Shown one piece after another: positions 45,691 to 53,750 of a stretch of 61,375 bases of DNA. The notes below the pieces were generated by a model that worked only from the letters and a program-made list of their open reading frames with translations, did not search any database and was not told the DNA's origin. Both the position numbers and the translations under genes were made by a program. The first letter of the stretch is position 1. Each line of letters begins with the position of its first letter. This DNA comes from a bacterium (lineage in GTDB: Bacteria > Patescibacteriota > Patescibacteriia > UBA1558 > S5-K13): assembly GCA_035356975.1 (NCBI GenBank), contig DAORGW010000002.1, positions 1-61,375 on the forward strand, in the 5' to 3' direction.

Positions 45691-46122
45691 TTATTTTCCC
45701 GTGCTCCCCCACTTTCCAGCACCTCTTTCTGTTTCACTAAGATCTTCTACTTCTACAATATTCGCTTTAATAATAGGCTGAATTAAAATCTGTGCTATTT
45801 TATCTCCCTTTTTAAATTCTTGTGCTTCTTTTCCTGTGTTTAATAAACATATTGTATATTCTCCTCTATAAGTATATTCAAAAACCCCACCCATGACTTT
45901 TAATCCTCTTTTCATAGATATTCCGCCCTTATCCCAAATAAGCGCACAATATCCTTCGGGAATTTCTAATGCAAAACCAGCGTGAAAAATATATCTTTCC
46001 ATTGGCTCTATAATAACATCTTCTCTGCTAAACACATCTAATCCCGCATCACCATATAAAGCATATGAAGGAATTATCACATCATCGTATAATTTTTTTA
46101 TTTTTACATTAATTTCTTTCAT
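45691..46122 (-). CDS. dut: dUTP diphosphatase (trimeric dUTPase)
   Basis: YGDAGLDVFS, GGISMKRGLKV, RGAGKWGSTG motifs. Confidence 0.88.
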   Translation of the reverse strand: MKEINVKIKKLYDDVIIPSYALYGDAGLDVFSREDVIIEPMERYIFHAGFALEIPEGYCALIWDKGGISMKRGLKVMGGVFEYTYRGEYTICLLNTGKEAQEFKKGDKIAQILIQPIIKANIVEVEDLSETERGAGKWGSTGK

Positions 46123-46139
46123 TTATATAAAAAATTTTA

Positions 46140-46715
46140 TTATAAATTAATTTCTAATTCTTTTATTTTTGTATCAATAACTTCATCAACTTGTTTGTGT
46201 AGATTCTCTTGAGTTGTGTTATTATCAATTGTAAAATCTGCATTTTCTGCAACTTCTCTTATTTGAGATTCTGCTTCTTGTTTAGCGTCTTCTAAAAATT
46301 GTTCATAGGTTTTATTTTTATCATCTGAATTTTCACTTCGGAGTATTAATCTTTTGTATCTAATTTCTGAATCGGTATAAACATTTATAACACAAAATCC
46401 AGATAATTTTTTTAAATATTTAATATCATCCATTCTTCTTATTCCATCTACAATAACTATCTGATTTTTATCTTTTAAAACGTCTTTTACAATTACTTTT
46501 GCAAGCAAATCCTGACCAAATGTATTTCTTAGTGTGGTAGATAAATCTTGTAAATTGCTCCTACTTTGCTCAATTGATAATCTATCTAAAACATCTCTTA
46601 AAATTGTAGAAAATCTATAAGAATTTATATTGTATTTTTTACAAATATAATCAACTGCAGTTCCCTTTCCAGAAGCAATTTCTCCTACAAATCCTAAAAT
46701 TAATTTATTATCCAT
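46140..46715 (-). CDS. P-loop nucleoside/nucleotide kinase (dNMP kinase or dephospho-CoA kinase-like)
   Basis: P-loop GFVGEIASGKGT; about 190 aa; located in the nucleotide-metabolism block. Confidence 0.5.
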   Translation of the reverse strand: MDNKLILGFVGEIASGKGTAVDYICKKYNINSYRFSTILRDVLDRLSIEQSRSNLQDLSTTLRNTFGQDLLAKVIVKDVLKDKNQIVIVDGIRRMDDIKYLKKLSGFCVINVYTDSEIRYKRLILRSENSDDKNKTYEQFLEDAKQEAESQIREVAENADFTIDNNTTQENLHKQVDEVIDTKIKELEINL

Positions 46716-46720
46716 ATATT

Positions 46721-47215
46721 TTACATATTATCATATTTGACAACTTCATCATTTAAAAGTTCATATTTAACACCTGCTTCTTTAAAAATTTCTTTACTTC
46801 TATCTCCCGCATGATAATCATTTTTACAAACCACTCTTTTAATCCCGCAATTTATAATCATTTTAGCGCAGGCATAGCAAGGAGTCATTCTTGTATATAA
46901 AGTACTTCCATGAATAGAAATTCCCATTCTTGCTGCCTGACAAATAGCATTTTGCTCAGAGTGAGTTGTCCTCATACAATGCTGAGTTTTTTCTCCGTCT
47001 TCGTGTATAACTGTATTAAGCTCATGACCTATTTCATCACACGACGCACAATTCTCTGGGGCGCCAACATATCCGGTTGTTAAAATCCTTTTATCTTTTA
47101 CAATAATTGTACCAGCTCTTCCCCTATCGCAAGTACCTCTTGTTCCTACAATATCAACAATGCTCATAAAATATTCATCCCAACTTGGTCTTTTGTATTG
47201 TTTATCTTTTTCCAT
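46721..47215 (-). CDS. dCMP deaminase (ComEB-type)
   Basis: Zinc motifs HSEQNA and PCYACAKM (HxE ... PCxxC). Confidence 0.88.
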   Translation of the reverse strand: MEKDKQYKRPSWDEYFMSIVDIVGTRGTCDRGRAGTIIVKDKRILTTGYVGAPENCASCDEIGHELNTVIHEDGEKTQHCMRTTHSEQNAICQAARMGISIHGSTLYTRMTPCYACAKMIINCGIKRVVCKNDYHAGDRSKEIFKEAGVKYELLNDEVVKYDNM

Positions 47216-47345
47216 ATTTTTAATCTAATTATAACTAAAAACATTTTATCAAGTATCAATTAGCTTTGCAAATCAATAAAATAATTGATTTTTATTTATA
47301 TAATTTTTATATATAATTAAATCAGCAAACAAAACAATATACTAA

Positions 47346-47933
47346 ATGTATAAACTACAAAAAAATTTAGGCATGTACCTAAGTTCGTTAATTCTTATTA
47401 TTTTTACAATAATTTTTTTGATTAAAGGCAATTTTGAATTTATAACCTATACAATTTCTATAGGTTTTTTAATTTTTATTATCATAAAAACAGATAAAAA
47501 ATTTAATTATCCTCAAATTGCTAAATTTGGATTTGCTATCTGGTTGTTATTACATTTTCTAGGTGGCTCTCTAAAAATTAATGGAATTAGATTGTATGAC
47601 ACAATACTTATTCCTATTTTTTCTGAACCATTAAATATTTTTAGATATGATCAATTATTACACACCTTTTGTTATTTTGTTTTCGTGTTCTTTGTTTATT
47701 CAGTTGTCAAAAATAGTCTAAAAGAAAATATAAGCAAGGGAATGACTTTGTTTATTATTGTTTTAATCGCGGAGGGAATTGGTGCAATAAATGAAATAAT
47801 AGAATTATCTACGGTTGTTTTCTTTCATACACAAGGTGTTGGTAATTATTACAACAATGCCCTTGATTTAGTATTTAATCTTATTGGGGCAATGCTGGGC
47901 TCTATAATAATTTTAAATACTAATAAAGAATAA
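47346..47933 (+). CDS. polytopic membrane protein (195 aa)
   Basis: Five to six hydrophobic helices; family not recognised with confidence. Confidence 0.5.
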   Translation: MYKLQKNLGMYLSSLILIIFTIIFLIKGNFEFITYTISIGFLIFIIIKTDKKFNYPQIAKFGFAIWLLLHFLGGSLKINGIRLYDTILIPIFSEPLNIFRYDQLLHTFCYFVFVFFVYSVVKNSLKENISKGMTLFIIVLIAEGIGAINEIIELSTVVFFHTQGVGNYYNNALDLVFNLIGAMLGSIIILNTNKE

Positions 47934-47969
47934 CGATAATTAATTTCACATATAATTTAAAAAATTAAA

Positions 47970-47986
47970 TCTTGTTTAAAACAAGA
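47970..47986. promoter_or_regulatory. 17-bp perfect palindrome TCTTGTTTAAAACAAGA, 7 nt before the ATG of family gene A (TATAAT at 47951-56)
   Basis: Exact copy in front of all four MQEKF genes. Confidence 0.45.
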
Positions 47987-47993
47987 AAAAATT

Positions 47994-49064
47994 ATGCAAG
48001 AAAAATTTGTAAATGCCATAAAGACTCAAGTAGCAACAAAAGTCTCTACAAAGACAAAAGTTTTGTTAGGACTTATTATTGTTGCATCCCTTAGTGGCAT
48101 GTTTGCACTCATAGGACTAAGTTCAAAAACATTATTAAAGCAAAATGTTGTGAGGAAAACAAATTCAAATATGACTGTCAATGATGAAATTGTAAAAGTA
48201 AACAGAATAGATACCGGAAAAATACAGAACAATTTATTAAATAAATATGTTTATACGGAAACAGAAAAAATAGAAACAAGGGAAATTAATATCCCGTATA
48301 ATGATATAGTTTTAGGTATAAGTTATGGTACTAATAACGATCACATTCCCACAATGGACGGAATAATTAATGATTGGGAGCAAGAAAATACAACAATAAG
48401 ACATTCTCTTCCAGGATCAAATAATTTTTCTCACGATATATATAGTAAACTGGTGGACAATAAAATTTATTTGGCTGTAAAGGCAAGCGGTTATGCTGAT
48501 GTTTGCGATATAAAGAAATTTCCTTATATGCAAATTATTAATTTTAATGTTAAATTAGAAGAGGGCCATAATACATTTTATGGTTCTGGGAGTTTAGATT
48601 ATGCCAATAATGCACATCAGGAAGATTTGAAAATGGTACATTTAGATTTAAACTTTAATGATGGGCAAACTTATTTGTGTGATGGGTATTTAGCAGAAAC
48701 TGATGACCAAAATAATTTTAATTATTGGAAGGCTATGTGCAGTACATATATGCCGGAGCAAATAGATTTTAGGGGCGGGGTTACATTATACCAAAATAAT
48801 GATCTTTGTGTTATATCTGGAGAAATGCTTATTCCATTAAAGGGACAAGACGGCATCTATGTTGAGGGTTTTAATGATGAAAGCGATTTAAATCTTGGAT
48901 CGAATGAAAGATTAATAGGCATAAGACATTTCTTTGGGGCGGGGGGCATGTCTTTATCACCATCAACGCTTTATCCTGATCCTTACGGTTATTATAAAAT
49001 AAGAATAATAGAACCAACAATAAGTAAACCGCCAACAAATGTTCTTCATACATCGCCACAATAA
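47994..49064 (+). CDS. MQEKF-family signal-anchored protein A (356 aa), unknown C-terminal domain with 4 Cys
   Basis: The first 71 nt of the CDS are identical to genes B and D. N-terminus MQEKFVNAIKTQVATKVSTKTKVLLGLIIVASLSGMFAL includes a TM helix. Confidence 0.75.
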   Translation: MQEKFVNAIKTQVATKVSTKTKVLLGLIIVASLSGMFALIGLSSKTLLKQNVVRKTNSNMTVNDEIVKVNRIDTGKIQNNLLNKYVYTETEKIETREINIPYNDIVLGISYGTNNDHIPTMDGIINDWEQENTTIRHSLPGSNNFSHDIYSKLVDNKIYLAVKASGYADVCDIKKFPYMQIINFNVKLEEGHNTFYGSGSLDYANNAHQEDLKMVHLDLNFNDGQTYLCDGYLAETDDQNNFNYWKAMCSTYMPEQIDFRGGVTLYQNNDLCVISGEMLIPLKGQDGIYVEGFNDESDLNLGSNERLIGIRHFFGAGGMSLSPSTLYPDPYGYYKIRIIEPTISKPPTNVLHTSPQ

Positions 49065-49121
49065 GACAGAATCATAATAAAATTTCCTATTTAAAATTTC
49101 ACATATAATTTAAAAATTAAA

Positions 49122-49138
49122 TCTTGTTTAAAACAAGA
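49122..49138. promoter_or_regulatory. 17-bp palindrome TCTTGTTTAAAACAAGA before family gene B
   Basis: Exact repeat; TATAAT at 49103-08. Confidence 0.45.
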
Positions 49139-49145
49139 AAAAATT

Positions 49146-49781
49146 ATGCAAGAAAAATTTGTAAATGCCATAAAGACTCAAGTAGCAACAAAAGTCTCTA
49201 CAAAGACAAAAGTTTTACTTGGTTTAATGATGATGGCTTGTTTAGGTGGAATGTTTGCAATAATAAATACACTTAATTTTAAAACATTAAAACAAACAAG
49301 AAAAGTTACAACAACACATTCTAATGATTATATTAATCTAAAACGCATATTAAATGATTTTAAAAACCAAAATAAAAATAATAAACCAGAGCTTATTGAA
49401 CATATTTTATTGTTAGAAAATTTTATAAATAATACAGAAAAAAACACCCCAACCAATCATGATAAACAAATTTTACAAAGCTGTATAAAAACAGATACAG
49501 CAAAAACAATAACTGATAATTTAGAATACTTGGAATGTTTAGAAAATAATAATTTCCCATTAAAAAAAATCTCTGGATATTCTACAAATGAGCTTGTGGA
49601 AACCATCAATACCGCAAATTCAATAGAAGAAACATATGGAACAGATCCTGGACCAGATCATCCCTGTTGCGAACGTTTCTGCAATTACTATTGTCTGAAA
49701 CCCTGTGGTGAAGATACTTGTTGCGCATGCAATTTTACAGGACTTTTAAATGCAATAATTGGTTGGCTACTTGGATTATAA
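49146..49781 (+). CDS. MQEKF-family signal-anchored protein B (211 aa) with an 8-Cys tail and a hydrophobic C-terminus
   Basis: The first 113 nt are identical to gene D. Tail: PCCERFCNYYCLKPCGEDTCCACNFTGLLNAIIGWLLGL. Confidence 0.75.
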   Translation: MQEKFVNAIKTQVATKVSTKTKVLLGLMMMACLGGMFAIINTLNFKTLKQTRKVTTTHSNDYINLKRILNDFKNQNKNNKPELIEHILLLENFINNTEKNTPTNHDKQILQSCIKTDTAKTITDNLEYLECLENNNFPLKKISGYSTNELVETINTANSIEETYGTDPGPDHPCCERFCNYYCLKPCGEDTCCACNFTGLLNAIIGWLLGL

Positions 49782-49816
49782 TATTTATTAATTTCACATA
49801 TAATTTAAAAATTAAA

Positions 49817-49833
49817 TCTTGTTTAAAACAAGA
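49817..49833. promoter_or_regulatory. 17-bp palindrome TCTTGTTTAAAACAAGA before family gene C
   Basis: Exact repeat; TATAAT at 49798-49803. Confidence 0.45.
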
Positions 49834-49840
49834 AAAAATT

Positions 49841-50368
49841 ATGCAAGAAAAATTTATAAATGCTACACAAACACAAACAACCACACAAGTTTCAACAAAG
49901 ACAAAAATTTTGTTAGGACTTATTATTGTTGCCTCAATAACTGGAATCTTTGTTGTAATTAGTTTAAGTATTAATAATATGGGCACTAAAAAACAATTAA
50001 TCGAGACAAAGAAGAAAATAATAGAAAATGATTTATTTGACCAAAAAACAGGGGAACGCATTTTGTATAGAACAAATAATGGACTTAAATTAGAGGCGGG
50101 ATATAAATTTATAAGAATAAATAATAATTTATTGCAAATTGTTAAAAATATTGGAGATGGAACATATCTTGAGTTACCAGGTGGAATTACATTCACTGGC
50201 TGTGATTGTTTTTACGAAAGCGCTACTGGTTCTTGTACGGCAAATTGTAGTACCGTAGTGCAAGATAATAATATGACAAGTTGTTCTGGTAGTTGTACTG
50301 GGGATTGTGGAGTTAGTTGTAAAGAGTATTCTGTAACAATAGACCCAAGCACTCTTATTATTAAATAA
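49841..50368 (+). CDS. MQEKF-family signal-anchored protein C (175 aa) with an 8-Cys C-terminal region (start at the internal ATG of ORF 49718..50368)
   Basis: The conserved upstream module ends at the ATG at 49841. N-terminus MQEKFINATQTQTTTQVSTKTKILLGLIIVAS; Cys region GCDCFYESATGSCTANCSTVVQDNNMTSCSGSCTGDCGVSC. Confidence 0.7.
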   Translation: MQEKFINATQTQTTTQVSTKTKILLGLIIVASITGIFVVISLSINNMGTKKQLIETKKKIIENDLFDQKTGERILYRTNNGLKLEAGYKFIRINNNLLQIVKNIGDGTYLELPGGITFTGCDCFYESATGSCTANCSTVVQDNNMTSCSGSCTGDCGVSCKEYSVTIDPSTLIIK

Positions 50369-50442
50369 AAATATTTAAATTTAAATTAAAAAATATCATT
50401 ATAAAAAATATTAAAAAATAACCATTAATTTAAAAAATTAAA

Positions 50443-50459
50443 TCTTGTTTAAAACAAGA
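50443..50459. promoter_or_regulatory. 17-bp palindrome TCTTGTTTAAAACAAGA before family gene D
   Basis: Exact repeat. Confidence 0.45.
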
Positions 50460-50466
50460 AAAAATT

Positions 50467-51444
50467 ATGCAAGAAAAATTTGTAAATGCCATAAAGACTC
50501 AAGTAGCAACAAAAGTCTCTACAAAGACAAAAGTTTTACTTGGTTTAATGATGATGGCTTGTTTAGGTGGAATGTTTGCTATAGCGTCAAGTACAACAAA
50601 GTTAATAAACACCCCTCAAAAAAACACCAATAGACCAACAACTATATCTTCAAGAAAAAATGATGAGTCGTTTTATGCTTTATCTAGATGTCCTAGAGGT
50701 ATGGTAGCAATAAATGGGAACATTGCATGTAATGAAAATGGATCCACCATAAGACCATCAATGGTATCTTCTTCAGCAGAAACATCTAACTTTACAAACA
50801 ATGGCTGGATAGGAACATGCAGGGGAATAGGTGATGTTTGGGTGGGATCAATATGTATTGACCCCGATGAATTATCTATTCAAAATGCACCATTTGCACA
50901 CACAACTCATTACACAAATGATGAAGAAAGCTATGAGGCCGTTTCAGTGTGTCCAACGAGTACAACGGCAATAGGTGGATGGGTTGATTGTGCTGATCCA
51001 GGATCAACAACCGTTAGACCATCAATGGTTTACTCTGAACCATTAATAACTAATTTTCAACATACTGGATGGATAGGCGCATGTAAAGGCAATGGTAGTG
51101 TATATGTAGGTGCAATATGTGCGAATTCAGACAGAATAACAACCTATCAAGGAGAAACTCTCGGGGAAAATGAACACACAACCAATGATCAGATAAGTTA
51201 CGAAGCAACATCAATGTGTCCCAATGGAAAAGTAGCAATAGGGGCAAATGTCACTTGCAATGGAATAAATGGTGGCACAAGACCATCAATGGTTTACTCA
51301 GGACCTGAGATAATTAATTTTCAAAATATTGGATGGAAGGGGGCTTGTAAGGGACCGGGTAGTATTCGCGTACTAGCGATATGTGTAGATCCAGAACAAG
51401 TAACTATTCAAAATGGAGAGGTTGTGTTTACACAACATCATTAA
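50467..51444 (+). CDS. MQEKF-family signal-anchored protein D (325 aa) with three 4-Cys repeats of about 85 aa
   Basis: Shared N-terminal module, then 3 repeats of the pattern SYEAxSxCPxGxxAIGxxxxC...RPSMVYS...NFQxxGWxGACKGxGSxxVxAIC. Confidence 0.75.
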   Translation: MQEKFVNAIKTQVATKVSTKTKVLLGLMMMACLGGMFAIASSTTKLINTPQKNTNRPTTISSRKNDESFYALSRCPRGMVAINGNIACNENGSTIRPSMVSSSAETSNFTNNGWIGTCRGIGDVWVGSICIDPDELSIQNAPFAHTTHYTNDEESYEAVSVCPTSTTAIGGWVDCADPGSTTVRPSMVYSEPLITNFQHTGWIGACKGNGSVYVGAICANSDRITTYQGETLGENEHTTNDQISYEATSMCPNGKVAIGANVTCNGINGGTRPSMVYSGPEIINFQNIGWKGACKGPGSIRVLAICVDPEQVTIQNGEVVFTQHH

Positions 51445-51463
51445 TTGATAAACTTTTTTAATT

Positions 51464-51493
51464 TCAAAAACTCCGCTTAGCGGAGTTTTTGAA
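51464..51493. terminator. bidirectional intrinsic terminator between family gene D and rplA
   Basis: caaaaactccgc-tta-gcggagtttttg. Confidence 0.8.
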
Positions 51494-51510
51494 ATATATA
51501 AATTTTATAT

Positions 51511-52188
51511 TTACATATTAACTTTAAGTCCTGGTCCCATTGTTGAAGAAAGTGCAACTGATTTTATATATACGCCTTTTAATGATTGTGGCTTTGCTTT
51601 TTTAACAGCATCTACAAAAGATTTTACATTATCCACTAATTTATTTTCATCAAAACTAATTTTTCCGACAGCTAAATGAACATTTGCACTATCATCATTT
51701 TTAAATGACTCTTTACCAGATTTTAATTCTGTAATCATTTTTTTAACGTCATTATCAATTGTTCCTGATTTTGGATTTGGCATTAATCCTTTTTGACCTA
51801 AAATTTTTGCAATTGAAGCAAGGCGAGGCATAATTTCTGGAGTTGCAACTGCAATATCAAAATCACATTTTCCACTTTGTCTTATTTTTTCGATATACTC
51901 ATCATCACCAATTATATCAGCTCCGGCAGCTTTTGCTTCATCAATTTTAGTAGTAAAAGCAACTAATTTTCTTACTTTTCCATTGCCATGTGGTAATGTA
52001 ACGGTTGATCTTACTATTTGTTCACCTTTTTTAGGATCAATACCTAAAGAAATATGAGCCTCAAGAGATGAATCAAATTTTACATTTGCAGTATTTTTAA
52101 GAATTGACACAGCTTCTTCAACTGTATAAATTTTCTTTGTATCAACACTACTTTTTATCGCTTTCATTCTTTTTGACAATTTTGCCAT
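51511..52188 (-). CDS. rplA: 50S ribosomal protein L1
   Basis: MAKLSKRMKA..., GTVTLPHGNGK-like motif, 225 aa. Confidence 0.95.
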   Translation of the reverse strand: MAKLSKRMKAIKSSVDTKKIYTVEEAVSILKNTANVKFDSSLEAHISLGIDPKKGEQIVRSTVTLPHGNGKVRKLVAFTTKIDEAKAAGADIIGDDEYIEKIRQSGKCDFDIAVATPEIMPRLASIAKILGQKGLMPNPKSGTIDNDVKKMITELKSGKESFKNDDSANVHLAVGKISFDENKLVDNVKSFVDAVKKAKPQSLKGVYIKSVALSSTMGPGLKVNM

Positions 52189-52250
52189 ATTTTTTACTTT
52201 CTTTTGAGGTACAAACCCATGAAAATTTCACAGTCCCTCATTAAATTTAA

Positions 52251-52673
52251 TTAAACTATTTCTTCGTCCCTTTTTCTTTCTTTTTTAATTATACTCCAAT
52301 GTATAAAATAAAGTGGAAATCCAATTAAAATCATAGCTATTGAATTTGAAAAATCTCTTTGTCTTTGAGATGTAATTTGCATATTACTCTCATCAATTTT
52401 CTTCCAATTCTGATAATCAGCTAACCACATATCTATCATTTCTTTATCCTGGACTGTTAGATCGCTACACTCTTTTAACATTGTTACTTGTTTTTCAGAA
52501 TTTGCTAAATATAATTCACTTGGTCTTGAATAATAATTCATGTCTGCTTTTTTAAAAACAAATACCTTTAAAGCAGAATTTAACATTGTTATCGATCCTA
52601 TAACAAAAATTATTAAACCAATTGTTGTCATAAGATATAAATATACTATTCTAATCCATGGAATTTTTTGCAT
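52251..52673 (-). CDS. hypothetical membrane protein (140 aa) inserted between rplK and rplA
   Basis: N-terminal and C-terminal TM helices; intact ORF. Confidence 0.55.
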   Translation of the reverse strand: MQKIPWIRIVYLYLMTTIGLIIFVIGSITMLNSALKVFVFKKADMNYYSRPSELYLANSEKQVTMLKECSDLTVQDKEMIDMWLADYQNWKKIDESNMQITSQRQRDFSNSIAMILIGFPLYFIHWSIIKKERKRDEEIV

Positions 52674-52719
52674 AATTTTTTTATAATTTATAAATTATAA
52701 TTCAAAACTCAAATAAAAT

Positions 52720-53142
52720 TTATTCAATTTTTACTCCCATTTGTCTTGCAGTACCTTCAATTATTTTCATTGCTGCTTCAATATTATAAGCATTTAAATC
52801 CGGTAATTTTTTCTCTGCAATTTCTTTTACTTGTGCTTTTGTAATTTTTCCAACCTTTTCTGTTAATGCATTTTTTGCACCTCTTTGAATTCCTGCAGCT
52901 TTTTTAATTAATTCAGATGCTGGGGGAGTTTTTAGTATAAAACTAAAACTTGTATCTTCATAAATAGTAATAACTACTGGAGCTACTTCTCCCATTTTAT
53001 CTTTTGTTGCATCATTAAATTTTGTACAAAAATCCTGAATATTTACACCATGCTGACCCAATGCAGGTCCCACTGGTGGAGCTGGATTTGCTTGACCAGC
53101 TTTTATTTGTAACTTTATAGTTGTTTTAATTTTTTTTGCCAT
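52720..53142 (-). CDS. rplK: 50S ribosomal protein L11
   Basis: [27 protein letters not shown] signature. Confidence 0.96.
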   Translation of the reverse strand: MAKKIKTTIKLQIKAGQANPAPPVGPALGQHGVNIQDFCTKFNDATKDKMGEVAPVVITIYEDTSFSFILKTPPASELIKKAAGIQRGAKNALTEKVGKITKAQVKEIAEKKLPDLNAYNIEAAMKIIEGTARQMGVKIE

Positions 53143-53200
53143 AAATTTATTTTACTACTTTTGTTCAAGAAGCAGGCCAATGGCCATGAACAATTTTAAA

Positions 53201-53746
53201 TTATATTCTCTTAATTTGTAAAAAGTCTAACTCAACTGGAGTTTCTCTTCCAAACATAGAAACAAGTACTTTTACTTTTCCATGATTTTGATCAATACTT
53301 GAAACTTTTCCTTCAAAATCTTTAAATGGTCCATCAACAATTTTTACTGCATCACCTTTTTCTACGTCAATCTTGTATTCTGGCTCCTCTACTCCCATTC
53401 TTTTTTGAAGTGCCTTTACTTCTTCATCTGACATTGGAATTGGTGTAGTTCCTGATCCAATAAATCCAGTTACATTTGGAGTATTTCTTACAACATACCA
53501 AGAATCATCAGTTACAATCATCTTTACTAAAACATAACCCGGAAAAATTTTTTCTCTAACTGTTTTTCTTTTTCCGTTTTTAATTTTAATTTTTGTCTCT
53601 GTGGGTATAAGGACTTCAAGAATTTTTTCTTTCATATTCATTGATTCAATTCTCTCTTCTAAATTTCTTTTAACATTTTCTTCATAACCCGAATATGTAT
53701 GTATAACATACCATCTTGTACCCAAACTTTCGTTTTGTTTAGACAT
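53201..53746 (-). CDS. nusG: transcription termination/antitermination factor NusG
   Basis: WYVIHTYSGYEENV NGN domain and a C-terminal KOW (GDAVKIVDGPFKDFEGKV). Confidence 0.95.
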   Translation of the reverse strand: MSKQNESLGTRWYVIHTYSGYEENVKRNLEERIESMNMKEKILEVLIPTETKIKIKNGKRKTVREKIFPGYVLVKMIVTDDSWYVVRNTPNVTGFIGSGTTPIPMSDEEVKALQKRMGVEEPEYKIDVEKGDAVKIVDGPFKDFEGKVSSIDQNHGKVKVLVSMFGRETPVELDFLQIKRI

Positions 53747-53750
53747 TTTT

